This document shows, in pieces, positions 14,117 to 23,960 of a DNA stretch of 34,445 nucleotides. Both the position numbers and the translations under genes were made by a program. This DNA is from a virus (Duplodnaviria > Caudoviricetes), in IMG/VR virus record IMGVR_UViG_3300042196_000194, positions 1 through 34,445 of that record; one strand, written 5' to 3'. Numbering within the stretch: the first letter of the stretch is position 1; every line of letters begins with the position of its first letter. The notes under the pieces are model-generated. The model saw only the letters and a list, made by a program, of their open reading frames with translations. It was not told where the DNA came from and did not search any database.

Positions 14117-14973
14117 ACACACCTGAGGATAAGTTACTCTGCATCTATCACGGCGCGTGTGACGACGGCTTCGGCGCCGCCTGGGCCGTGCGCCACGCAC
14201 TGGGGGACTCTGTGGAGTTTTACCCCGGCGTGTATCAGGCGCCTCCTCCCGACGCGACGGGGCGAGACGTGCTGCTCGTCGACTTTAGCTATAAGAAACC
14301 CGTGCTAGAGCAGTTAGAGAGTGTAGCTAGGTCCGTCTTGATTCTCGACCATCACAAGACCGCGGCGGAGGACCTAGCGTCGGTGCGGTCACCGCCCAAC
14401 ACTTCCCCCGGCTGGAGTCCGCTGTCGGGAATGTGGGCCGTGTTTGACATGGAGCGTAGCGGCGCCGCCCTGGCGTGGGACTTCTTCCACGGTGATCCGA
14501 GGCCACCGTTCATCGAGTACATTCAAGATCGTGACCTGTGGCGAAAGAAGCTGCCCGGAGTGGACGACTTCACGGTGGCACTGCGCTCCTATCCCCAAGA
14601 CTTTAACACCTGGGACGGGCTCGTAGAGAGGGGAGTGTCTGACCTGATCTCAGAGGGGAAGATCATTGGGCGCTACTACCGACTGCGCTGTGAAGAGTTT
14701 AAGAAGAGTGCATACAGAACTCACATCGCGGGCGTGCCCTGTGTGATCTCTAACGCTCCGTACTTCGTCGCGAGCGAGGTGGCCGGAGAGCTAGCCGCGG
14801 AGAGTGGCCTAGACTTCGGGGCCTGCTACTTTGAGGTGGAGCGAGGTAAGTTTCAGTATTCCCTGCGCTCGCGAGGTGACCTCGACGTGTCAGATGTGGC
14901 GAGAAAGTTTGGCGGCGGGGGACACAAGAACGCCGCTGGGTTCTCGGCCCTAGGAGTAGTGCACCGTGAGTAG
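14113..14973 (+). CDS. DHH/DHHA1 family phosphoesterase
   Basis: IYHGACDDG, LVDFSY, ILDHHKTA, IQDRDLW, SLRS..GGGGHKNAAGF. Confidence 0.92.
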   Translation: MNTPEDKLLCIYHGACDDGFGAAWAVRHALGDSVEFYPGVYQAPPPDATGRDVLLVDFSYKKPVLEQLESVARSVLILDHHKTAAEDLASVRSPPNTSPGWSPLSGMWAVFDMERSGAALAWDFFHGDPRPPFIEYIQDRDLWRKKLPGVDDFTVALRSYPQDFNTWDGLVERGVSDLISEGKIIGRYYRLRCEEFKKSAYRTHIAGVPCVISNAPYFVASEVAGELAAESGLDFGACYFEVERGKFQYSLRSRGDLDVSDVARKFGGGGHKNAAGFSALGVVHRE

Positions 14974-16570
14974 CACGGTGGCATCAGAACCTCACGCAGA
15001 TCTCTCCGGGTCTCTGCCGAAGACGGTCTCGGACTGGAAGGCGCTCGTTGACGAGCTCTCTAAGCTCGACGCCGAGACGGCACGTCCCCTGTTTCGCATG
15101 CTCTGTCGAACGAGTGTCTACTTCTTGCTTCGCTTTGCCTGCGGTCGCAAAGACATAGAGAAACCTTGGCTTCTCGACAGGTGCAACGAGGTACAGGACG
15201 AGCCCGACGGCTATCTTGACCTCTGGAGCCGGGAGCACTATAAGTCGACGATCATCACGTTCGGCAAGAGCCTCCAAGACATTCTCTCTTCTCACGGCGA
15301 GGACCCGCTGCCGAAGTGGGGCGGCAACGAGGTGACCATCGGCATCTTCTCGCACACACGTCCCATCTCTCGCCAGTTTTTACGCCAGATCAAGCAAGAG
15401 TTGGAGCGCAACGAGCTGCTGCTAGAGTGGTTCCCAGACGTGATCTGGAAGAACCCGCAGCGCGACGCGCCAAAGTGGTCTGAGGACGACGGACTGACTG
15501 TGCGTCGTCGCACCAACCCCAAGGAGTCTACCGTCGAGGCGTGGGGGTTGGTGGACGGGCAGCCTACGTCTAAGCACTTCTTGGTGATGGTGTATGACGA
15601 CGTGGTGACGATCTCCAGTGTGACGACTCCCGACATGATTGCTAAGACGACGGCGGCCTTGGAGTTGAGCTACAACCTAGGAGCTATCGGAGGAGTGCGG
15701 CGCTTTATCGGCACTAGATATCACTACAACGACACCTACAGAACAATTCTGTCGCGAGGTACCGCCACTCCACGCGTGTACCCGGCGACTGAGGACGGCT
15801 CCGTCGAGGGTAATCCCGTCTTATTCCCTAAGGACGTGCTCGACCAAAAGCGACGTGACATGGGCGCGTTTACGTTTGCGTGTCAGATGCTTCAAGATCC
15901 TCGCGCCGACGAGAGTGACGGCTTTCGCGAGGAGTGGCTGCGCTTTTATCACGGGGCAAACACCGGCAAGCACATGAACAAGTACGTTGTCGTGGACCCT
16001 GCCAACGAGAAGAAGCGCCGGAGCGACTACACGGCAGTGTGGGTAATCGGCCTAGGACAGGATGGAAACTACTACGCCCTAGACTTTTATCGTGATAGGC
16101 TTAACCTGAGTCAGCGCGCCGACCTCCTGTTCAAGTTGCACAGAAAGTGGAAGCCCAGGTCTGTTGGCTACGAGAAGTACGGCATGCAAGCTGACATTCA
16201 ACACGTGCAAGACCGGATGAGCCGTGACAACTATCGCTTTGAGTTGACTCCCCTCTCGGGGGCCATGAAGAAGACAGACCGAATCAAGCGGCTCTTACCG
16301 GTCTTCTCCGCCGGACGCTTCTATCTACCCGACGTCCTATTTAGGACTAACTACGAGGGGTTGACACAAGACCTCGTGGAGGTGTTCATTAACGAGGAGT
16401 TTAAGCCGTTTCCCGTGTCCGTGCACGACGACATGCTCGATGCCCTTAGTCGTATAGTAGACCCAGAGTTTAACACGCTCTGGCCCAAGGCGGCGGAGGA
16501 GCTTGGCGACAGGTACGAGCGGGCTAGTATAAGGGGAAAGAAGAAGTCACGTACTTGGATGGCCGCGTAA
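14966..16570 (+). CDS. terL: terminase large subunit
   Basis: SREHYKST (deviant Walker A), VYDDVV (Walker B), IGTRYH, VVDPA..SDYTA and HDDMLDAL nuclease motifs. Confidence 0.93.
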   Translation: MSSTVASEPHADLSGSLPKTVSDWKALVDELSKLDAETARPLFRMLCRTSVYFLLRFACGRKDIEKPWLLDRCNEVQDEPDGYLDLWSREHYKSTIITFGKSLQDILSSHGEDPLPKWGGNEVTIGIFSHTRPISRQFLRQIKQELERNELLLEWFPDVIWKNPQRDAPKWSEDDGLTVRRRTNPKESTVEAWGLVDGQPTSKHFLVMVYDDVVTISSVTTPDMIAKTTAALELSYNLGAIGGVRRFIGTRYHYNDTYRTILSRGTATPRVYPATEDGSVEGNPVLFPKDVLDQKRRDMGAFTFACQMLQDPRADESDGFREEWLRFYHGANTGKHMNKYVVVDPANEKKRRSDYTAVWVIGLGQDGNYYALDFYRDRLNLSQRADLLFKLHRKWKPRSVGYEKYGMQADIQHVQDRMSRDNYRFELTPLSGAMKKTDRIKRLLPVFSAGRFYLPDVLFRTNYEGLTQDLVEVFINEEFKPFPVSVHDDMLDALSRIVDPEFNTLWPKAAEELGDRYERASIRGKKKSRTWMAA

Positions 16571-16571
16571 G

Positions 16572-18542
16572 ATGGGCATGTTTGACAACTTAACGAAGCA
16601 GTCCTTAGCTTCTCCTGCGCTCCGAAACTTGCGCGAGGGGGTGCCTGAGTACGGCTCTGGTGAGGCGTGGTCTGGACCGCCGCCGAGTCCCCGTGAGAGT
16701 CTCGGAATCCTAGGCAACGTTGGAAATACAGGAATAGGTGTCGGTGACATCTTTCCGCCTACGGCCGTGCCTCTCGCGCTCTCTGACGTACGTGACATGC
16801 AGGAGCGCGAGAAGGTTGGGCTCGACGTGTCTGGAGTCGAAAAGGCCTTGACATACAGCGCCGTTCCGCTCTCTGCCGTCGGTGTAGGCTCCCTGGCGAG
16901 CAAGGCTGGGAAGATTGGCTCGCGCTACACCACTAAGACCCTGGAGCGACTGTTCGGTCGTGACACCGTTAAGAAGAAGTTCATCACAGACCTACTGAAC
17001 AGGGCCGACGTTACACAGGCCGAGAAGAATTTAGTTAGGCAGAGTCTCGACGAGTACGAGATGACTCGACTTAGAGAGACTCCCGAGGGTGGCCTAGTGC
17101 CGCCAAACAAGATTAACGTCAAGGACTTCACGGAGTTGGTGCAGGACAACGCGCTGCCACTTCAAGTTAACGACGTTCAACGTTACGCTACACAGGGACT
17201 CAGTCGAATCGGCGTGAGCTCCGGTGAAGTTTTGCCGGGAACGAGGGTCTACACGTCTCCAGTAAACACCATGTCCAGTCACCACTTTAAGACGGCGGAC
17301 GAGCCAGGACCTCGAGGTTACTTCGCTCACTCGCGATACTTCGACACCACTAACACTGACATATCTGGGAAGTTACTAGACCCTAACTCGAGAGACACGG
17401 CAAAAAGTATCCTCTCACGCCTGTTCACGGCTCCAGATGATATGTCTCTGATGGCCTACGAGACGAAGTATGGACACGGTTACTCCATGGGTCTCGGTCC
17501 TTATGACTGGGATGTAATATATGCCGTTACCCCAGGAAACATTCACAGCACGATCTGGAACATGGTCGACTCTGAGTCCTCATCTATGAAAAATGTAAAG
17601 GACCTCTTGTTGCCTTACATTAGGAGAGCCGCAGACACACGATACGTGAGAAACGTAGTAGAGGTGCAGAGCGACTTTTTTCAAAAGCCCGAGAAGGTAC
17701 TGAAGGCTGCCTCTCCTGAGCACTCTCTAGCTAACCAGAGTGACGTCGCCGACATGATCTCGAGGAATGATCCCGTGGTGATGAACTTACTGGAGAAGAC
17801 GGGGTACGACGTAACTTTAATGAGGGAGACAGCCGATCTTCCCGACAGTCACATGAACATGGCCTTTGAGTTGATGCAGGATCCTCGCTTTGTGAACAAG
17901 TTTAAGGAGCTTCAGTCACAGACCGTGGGCTATCAGAAGAACTGGTGGCGTCGTGTGGTTCGCGAGGAGATCAATCGAGCTGCCATCGACGGGGTAGACA
18001 CGGTGCGCTTTCCGACGGGCTCTACGGCGAGCATAGTAGCGAGGTGGAGCAACGCCTTGCAGAGCCCAGAGGACTTCATGAACGGCATGAAGTACTACTT
18101 TAAGCTTCACCCGAGTGCGGCTACGGTGGGTGACGTAAAGGCAGATCTTCTCGCAGGATCTATGGAGTTAAAGTACTCTAAGATGGTGTGGAACGAGGCC
18201 TCTAAGTTAAAGGACTCTGATCCTGTAGACAAGCTTATGTCCACTGCACTCGATCAGATCGACAAGAACAACGCCGAGCTCGTGAGAGGTCCTATGCGAG
18301 GGAGTGCAGATTTTTCTGGACTCTTTGATAGGTACGACAAGAACATTGCCGGACTGTTGAAGAAGGAGTACGGCGCGAAGTCTGTGAGAGATGACAAGGG
18401 TTACTCGTGGATAGAGCTCAACATAGCACCTGAGCATGAGAAAGATTTAAGTCTGTTTAACGTCGCTCCGCCCATAGTGGGCGCGGGAATAGTAGCGGAA
18501 GGAGTCGAAGGTGACTCGGAAACTGGACTTCCTAATCGCTGA
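16572..18542 (+). CDS. 'EVQSD' domain protein B (paralog of 11382..13058)
   Basis: 656 aa; HHF..YFAHSR..VEVQSD..WWRRVVREE..FPTG..YDK. Confidence 0.75.
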   Translation: MGMFDNLTKQSLASPALRNLREGVPEYGSGEAWSGPPPSPRESLGILGNVGNTGIGVGDIFPPTAVPLALSDVRDMQEREKVGLDVSGVEKALTYSAVPLSAVGVGSLASKAGKIGSRYTTKTLERLFGRDTVKKKFITDLLNRADVTQAEKNLVRQSLDEYEMTRLRETPEGGLVPPNKINVKDFTELVQDNALPLQVNDVQRYATQGLSRIGVSSGEVLPGTRVYTSPVNTMSSHHFKTADEPGPRGYFAHSRYFDTTNTDISGKLLDPNSRDTAKSILSRLFTAPDDMSLMAYETKYGHGYSMGLGPYDWDVIYAVTPGNIHSTIWNMVDSESSSMKNVKDLLLPYIRRAADTRYVRNVVEVQSDFFQKPEKVLKAASPEHSLANQSDVADMISRNDPVVMNLLEKTGYDVTLMRETADLPDSHMNMAFELMQDPRFVNKFKELQSQTVGYQKNWWRRVVREEINRAAIDGVDTVRFPTGSTASIVARWSNALQSPEDFMNGMKYYFKLHPSAATVGDVKADLLAGSMELKYSKMVWNEASKLKDSDPVDKLMSTALDQIDKNNAELVRGPMRGSADFSGLFDRYDKNIAGLLKKEYGAKSVRDDKGYSWIELNIAPEHEKDLSLFNVAPPIVGAGIVAEGVEGDSETGLPNR

Positions 18543-18840
18543 GCGCAAGCGAGTGATGGTGAACGCCGCTACCGAGGCCCTCGACGCCGTCTGTGGGTTA
18601 GACATCACCGGAAAACCGGTGACAGTGAGGAACGTACTAGTAGACACTAGAATGCTCACGCTCGATCAGGCGTGCCAGGTAGTCTTGTCCACGTCACTTG
18701 TGTATAATATGGAACTTGAGGCGCACAGGCGCGTCGAGACAGATCCACTCGGCCTATTCACTAACTTGAGTAAGTCAGGACGGAGGCAGGAGAAGAGATG
18801 GCGCTCGATAGTACTGAGATTTCTCTCGTTCTTACGGTAA
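18511..18840 (+). CDS. hypothetical protein
   Basis: fills the gap before the portal; start uncertain; overlaps both neighbours. Confidence 0.45.
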   Translation: MTRKLDFLIAERKRVMVNAATEALDAVCGLDITGKPVTVRNVLVDTRMLTLDQACQVVLSTSLVYNMELEAHRRVETDPLGLFTNLSKSGRRQEKRWRSIVLRFLSFLR

Positions 18841-21068
18841 AGGAGAACTATCGCGCCGCCGCAAATCACAGCGGAAAGTGGCGAGAGGAAGCTAGAGAAG
18901 ACTACAACTTCGTCTCGGGCGACCAGTGGTCTAGTCAAGATCGGGCCAAGCTCCAGGAAGAGTTGCGGCCGATCATTACGTTCAACCGTGTTGCCCCCAT
19001 AGTGGAGGCCGTGTCTGGCTCGGAGATTAACAATCGCCAGGAGGTGCGGTTTATTCCTCGTGAGGTCGGCGATGTTAAGGTAAACGAGTTGTTTACTGGC
19101 ACGTCAAAGTGGGTTCGTGACCTCTGTGACGCGGAGGATGAGGAGACGGACGCATTTTTTGACACGCTCGTCTGTGGCATGGGCTGGACAGAGACGAGAC
19201 TGGACTACGACTCAGATCCAGACGGGCGCATCTTAATCGAGCGCACGGATCCCCTCGAAATGTACTGGGACCCGTCGGCTAAGAAGAGAAACATCGAAGA
19301 CTCGCGCTGGGTAATACGAGTTCGTGACATTTCTAAGAGAGATTTTCGCGAGATGTGGCCCCTCGCGGACTCAAGTCAAAATCCACGTTGGCTAGAGTCG
19401 TCAACTGGGTTTGGTGAACCTCACGACGCGACGCGGGCAGAGCTGTACGAGACAGATCAGTCGAATAAGCCGGGAACCGTTAAGAAGAATCACGTCCGGG
19501 TCGTAGAGTATCAGTGGTGGCAGTACGAGACTTACTACCGCGTGTTTAACCCGCTCACGTCAGACGTAGAGAGTCTCGACAGCGAGAAGTTTGAGAGACT
19601 ACAACCCAAGCTCGACGCGCTCGACGTGCAGTATGTTCGCCAGCGTCGTAAGGTCTACTACAGGGCCTTTCTGTCAGGCGACACCGTACTTGAGATAGGT
19701 CCAAATCCGTGTCAGACTGACTTTACGTTTAAGTGCATTACGGCTAAGCGAGACTTGAACAGAAACCTGTGGTACGGCCTCGTGCGCTCCATGAAGGATC
19801 CGCAGCGCTGGGCGAACAAGTTCTTTTCTCAGATACTTCACATCATTAACTCGAACGCTAAGGGTGGACTCATCGCCGAGGAGGACGCGTTTAGCGATCC
19901 TCACAAGGCGGAGGACGAGTGGGCACGGCCAGACTCCATTACCTTCCTGACTCCCGGAGCTCTTTCCGGTAAGAAGGTCATCCCGAAGCCCATCGGCCAG
20001 TATCCCGTGGGCATCGACAACATGATGCACTTTGCCATCGGGTCGATGCGAGATGTTACGGGCGTAAATCTTGAAATGCTGGGCATGGCGGGTCGGGACC
20101 AGCCCGGGGTTCTTGAGGCCCAGCGTAAGCAAGCTGGCTTAAACATTCTAGGAACTATCTTTAACAGCCTGCGCCGCTATCGAAAGGAGCAGGGCCGTGT
20201 ACTGCTCTACTTTATCAGAACGTACATCTCTGACGGGCGCGTAGTTCGCATCACTGGAGACACTGGAGCACAGTACGTGCCGCTGATGAGTCAAGACAGC
20301 ACGGTGAACTACGACGTAGTGGTGGACGACTCGCCGACGAGTCCCAACCAGAAGGAACAGGTCTGGGCTCTGTTGGCGCAGATGATGCCGTTTATCTCAA
20401 AGATGGGTCTGCCGACGCCGCCAGAGGTCTTGGACTACATGCCTCTCCCGTCCACCCTGACGGAAAAGTGGAAGACCATGCTCCAGGCGGCGCAGCAAAA
20501 GTCGCCGGAGGACGAACTCCAGACGAAGTTGCTAGAGGCCGAAGTAGCTAAGCTGACGGCAGAGGCGCAGAAGGTAGGCGCCGAGGGTCAGAGGATCAGC
20601 GTAGACTCACAAAAGACGGGCGCCGAGATAGACGAGGTTAAGTCTAAGTCTGCCCTGAACATGGCCCGCGCACAAAAGGAGATGTCAGGCGACAATCCTG
20701 AGGTTGAAAACTTTAAGGCGATGGACGAGAGTCGTCGAAAAAACTTAGAGTTGCAGTGGAGACAATCTCTCGACTCTGAGGAGAGTCGCAGAAAAGATGA
20801 GCAGCTAAACCTCAAGCGTATCGAGTTGATATTGCGGCATAAAATGATGAGTCAGGATCAGGAGTTCAATCAAAAGATCTCCGCTCTTCAGGCTCAGCTC
20901 TCTGCGATGCAGGGGCAGAGTGACAGTGGACTCAAGCACGATAGAGAGATGACTAAGATCGAAACAAACGCGAGTGTTAAGAGGGACGGTGACCTAGTCT
21001 CAGCCTTGGCGTCCATAGTAGCTGAGGCCATGAAGACGGACAGCGAGGGTACCTCTGGCAATAGCTAG
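18798..21068 (+). CDS. portal protein (P22-like, long C-terminal coiled coil)
   Basis: 756 aa; WREEAREDYNFVSGDQW..RPIITFNRV, CGMGW, YGLVRSMKDPQ; position between terL and scaffold. Confidence 0.92.
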   Translation: MALDSTEISLVLTVKENYRAAANHSGKWREEAREDYNFVSGDQWSSQDRAKLQEELRPIITFNRVAPIVEAVSGSEINNRQEVRFIPREVGDVKVNELFTGTSKWVRDLCDAEDEETDAFFDTLVCGMGWTETRLDYDSDPDGRILIERTDPLEMYWDPSAKKRNIEDSRWVIRVRDISKRDFREMWPLADSSQNPRWLESSTGFGEPHDATRAELYETDQSNKPGTVKKNHVRVVEYQWWQYETYYRVFNPLTSDVESLDSEKFERLQPKLDALDVQYVRQRRKVYYRAFLSGDTVLEIGPNPCQTDFTFKCITAKRDLNRNLWYGLVRSMKDPQRWANKFFSQILHIINSNAKGGLIAEEDAFSDPHKAEDEWARPDSITFLTPGALSGKKVIPKPIGQYPVGIDNMMHFAIGSMRDVTGVNLEMLGMAGRDQPGVLEAQRKQAGLNILGTIFNSLRRYRKEQGRVLLYFIRTYISDGRVVRITGDTGAQYVPLMSQDSTVNYDVVVDDSPTSPNQKEQVWALLAQMMPFISKMGLPTPPEVLDYMPLPSTLTEKWKTMLQAAQQKSPEDELQTKLLEAEVAKLTAEAQKVGAEGQRISVDSQKTGAEIDEVKSKSALNMARAQKEMSGDNPEVENFKAMDESRRKNLELQWRQSLDSEESRRKDEQLNLKRIELILRHKMMSQDQEFNQKISALQAQLSAMQGQSDSGLKHDREMTKIETNASVKRDGDLVSALASIVAEAMKTDSEGTSGNS

Positions 21069-21167
21069 TTACAACACTCGCATACTGTGCAATAATCGCG
21101 TGTAACATTCCTCCTGTGTTAGGAGGTGCGGGTCGACGCCGATCGGTCGTACGATGGAGACTAAACC

Positions 21168-22163
21168 ATGGCAAAGGGACGAAAAGAAGCAATCTCTGAA
21201 GATGAGGAGGACAAATTTTTCGAGAGTGGTGGGAGGCAAGCTCCAGAAGTTGAAGAGTCTGCGGAAGAAGTCACAGAGACTGAGAAAGTAGGAGACGAGC
21301 AGGCAGACGAGTCGGTTGAGACTGTCGAGTCTGGTCAAGTTATAAAGGAGCCTCCTCAGGAGCAGAAGACAGTCCCACTTGCGGCCCTCCACGAGGAGCG
21401 AGAGCGGAGACGAGAGCTCCAGGAGGAACTTCGTCAGGCACGTCTGCGTCAGCAGCGACTAGAAGACACGTGGGCTAGAGTTCAAGAACGTATCTCTAGC
21501 GCCCCCGTAGCTCAGCAAAAGCAAGAGCAAGAAGTCGCGGCACCGCCGAGCTATGACGATGATCCCGCTGGGTATCTGCGCTGGCAGCAGGATCAGATTG
21601 TCAGGCAAGTTAAGAGCATTGACGACTGGAGACAACAAGCTGTTCAGAGCATGAACTATCAAGGAGCTCAGCAGCAGTTTGCGTCGCGCGTAATGAGTCA
21701 CGAGCAGAGTTTTCGGGCTAAGAATCCTGACTACGATGACGCGGTGCAGTTTATCCGTCTAAGGCGGGATCAAGAGTTGCAGAGTTGGGGAGTAGTAGAC
21801 CCAGTTCAGCGTCAAAATATCATCGGGCAAGAGATCATGTTTCTCGCGGACTCTGCCATCAGAAACGGTAACGATCCAGCTGAGCGAGCCTACGAGATTG
21901 CGCACACTCAAGGCTACAAGAGTCTACGAGACGACGCCGCGGCCGCGGCAGAGTCTGCTCAAAAGACACTAGAGAAGACGACAAACGGCCAGCAAAAGAT
22001 TAGCACGATCAAAAAGGGACAGCAGGCCGCGAAAAGCTTGTCAAACGTAGGTGGAAACTCGCCCGAAAATTTGACACTACAGTCATTAGCAGATATTGAA
22101 GATCTAGACGAGTTTGACCGACAGTGGGAAAAACTCTTCGGAGGTGGACGACGACTCTTTTAG
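21168..22163 (+). CDS. capsid scaffolding protein
   Basis: acidic N-terminus, TVPLAALHEERERR coiled coil, PDYDDA; between portal and capsid. Confidence 0.8.
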   Translation: MAKGRKEAISEDEEDKFFESGGRQAPEVEESAEEVTETEKVGDEQADESVETVESGQVIKEPPQEQKTVPLAALHEERERRRELQEELRQARLRQQRLEDTWARVQERISSAPVAQQKQEQEVAAPPSYDDDPAGYLRWQQDQIVRQVKSIDDWRQQAVQSMNYQGAQQQFASRVMSHEQSFRAKNPDYDDAVQFIRLRRDQELQSWGVVDPVQRQNIIGQEIMFLADSAIRNGNDPAERAYEIAHTQGYKSLRDDAAAAAESAQKTLEKTTNGQQKISTIKKGQQAAKSLSNVGGNSPENLTLQSLADIEDLDEFDRQWEKLFGGGRRLF

Positions 22164-22310
22164 CGTTTTCCACCGGGTCGCCTAAGCCGAGGCGTTAAGC
22201 TGGCTGTCGTCTCGCCCCGCGTAAGTGGGTTGACTGTCACGTTTCCGACGTAGTGGGAAACAACGAACAGATCAACATCTTAATCGCCACTTACGGAGGT
22301 TTATCAGGCG

Positions 22311-23381
22311 ATGGCTGCAACAGAATATGCTGTAAACGATCCCCTAGCCGTAAAGCTGTGGGGTCGCAAGCTAATGCGGGAGGCCCTGAAGAAGACGTGG
22401 ATCTACCGCTTTATCGGTAACGACGACAACTCAGTCATACAACTCAAGACAGAAACCCAAAAGAGCGCCGGCGATAAGATCACATATGGTCTGCGCATGC
22501 AGCTCAACGGCGACGGCATCCAAGGTGACGGAACCTTGGAGGGAAACGAGGAGGCGCTGACGACATACTCCGACAGCATTCTCGTAGATCAGCTTCGTCA
22601 CGCGGTTCGCTCCTCAGGTCGCATGAGCGAACAGCGGGTGCCCTTCTCAGTTCGTGAAGAGGCCCGCGCCGGCCTGCAAGACTGGTGGGCCGCGCGCATT
22701 GACACTTGGTTCTTTAATCAAGTGTGCGGTAACGCGGCACAGTCAGACACTCGCTACACCGGCAACAACGCCGTCACGATCTCTGACTCATCTCACACCG
22801 TGCGTCCGTCGAGTTCTGGCACAGACGAAGATATGTCAGACACGGCGAGTCAGATCTTTAGCCTGAGCTTGATCGACAACGCAGTCGAGAAGGCTTCCAC
22901 AGCTAGTCCGATGGTGCGGCCGCTCCGCATCGGAGGCAGCGACTACTACGTTCTCTTCTTGCACGATTTCCAAGTTACAGATCTTCGTACGAATACGGAT
23001 ACGGGACAGTGGCTTGACATTCAGAAGTCTGTGATCCAAGGAGGAAACATCTCCAACAACCCAGTCTTTACGGGAGCACTGGGTGTCTACAACGGCGTAA
23101 TCTTACACAAGTCTAACAGGATAACGACTGGTGTAAACTCGTCTACGAGTGCCGCACTCACGAGCATTAGACGTGCTGTACTCTGCGGGGCTCAAGCTAC
23201 AGCTCTCGCGTATGGAGTTGATCACGGGCCCATGCGAATGGAGTGGGTTGAGGAACTCTTCGACTACGGTAATCAGCTCGGTGTCTCTGCCGGCTGCATC
23301 TCCGGCATGAAGAAGACTCGCTTCAACAGTCTCGACTACGCTACGGTCGTGATCCCCACGTTCGCCCTGGCTCACGGCTAA
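22311..23381 (+). CDS. major capsid protein (N4-gp56/DUF4043-like)
   Basis: AVKLW, KSAGDKITYGL, LEGNEEAL..DQLRHAV, MSEQR, FTGALGVYNGVILH, EELFDYGNQ. Confidence 0.92.
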   Translation: MAATEYAVNDPLAVKLWGRKLMREALKKTWIYRFIGNDDNSVIQLKTETQKSAGDKITYGLRMQLNGDGIQGDGTLEGNEEALTTYSDSILVDQLRHAVRSSGRMSEQRVPFSVREEARAGLQDWWAARIDTWFFNQVCGNAAQSDTRYTGNNAVTISDSSHTVRPSSSGTDEDMSDTASQIFSLSLIDNAVEKASTASPMVRPLRIGGSDYYVLFLHDFQVTDLRTNTDTGQWLDIQKSVIQGGNISNNPVFTGALGVYNGVILHKSNRITTGVNSSTSAALTSIRRAVLCGAQATALAYGVDHGPMRMEWVEELFDYGNQLGVSAGCISGMKKTRFNSLDYATVVIPTFALAHG

Positions 23382-23396
23382 TAGGAGGTTGAAGTA

Positions 23397-23840
23397 ATGG
23401 CTACAATCACCTCGACTGCCGCGACCTCGACCACCTGGCCTAAGTCTATTCACGTGGGTACGGTACAGGTCACGGCAAGTTACGTTACCGACGGCAACGA
23501 GACGGCTGACACCATTCAGATGGTGAAGGTTCCGAACAAGTCGACAATCCACGAAGTGTTGCTGTCTATCCCTGCCAACATTGGCGCGGCCGGCAACGCC
23601 GTGGGCTACGCGGTGGGTGACGGTGGGAGCACTGGCCGTTACATCGCCTCTGCTACCGTCTCGTCTACGGCCGTCGTGAGTAGGACAGATCAGCCTGCCG
23701 GAGTGGGCTACTATTACAATCTCTCCGGCGACCTGTCTGAGCTGAGCAAGCAGGACACCGTGGACATCACTCTCACCGCGGGAAGCTGCACTAGCTCACT
23801 CACGATTACCTTGTCGGTGCTCTACTCGCTAGACGCCTGA
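23397..23840 (+). CDS. putative capsid decoration/cement protein
   Basis: AGGAGG RBS, Thr/Ser-rich beta-type protein directly after the capsid gene and before a terminator. Confidence 0.6.
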   Translation: MATITSTAATSTTWPKSIHVGTVQVTASYVTDGNETADTIQMVKVPNKSTIHEVLLSIPANIGAAGNAVGYAVGDGGSTGRYIASATVSSTAVVSRTDQPAGVGYYYNLSGDLSELSKQDTVDITLTAGSCTSSLTITLSVLYSLDA

Positions 23841-23864
23841 TAAGACCTACAGAGCTAAGCTTCG

Positions 23865-23893
23865 AGAGGCCCGGTAAACCGGGCCTCTTTTTT
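23865..23893 (+). terminator. intrinsic terminator
   Basis: AGAGGCCCGGT-AA-ACCGGGCCTCT followed by a T-run. Confidence 0.9.
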
Positions 23894-23960
23894 ATGTCGA
23901 TAATCCTTAGAGACGGTGTTACAATCAGTAATTCACAAGTTACGATGGGTGAAGATAACT

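Noticed and set aside
14966-16570. Intein or intron in terL
   Set aside because: Ordinary length with contiguous ATPase and nuclease motifs; no splicing motifs seen.
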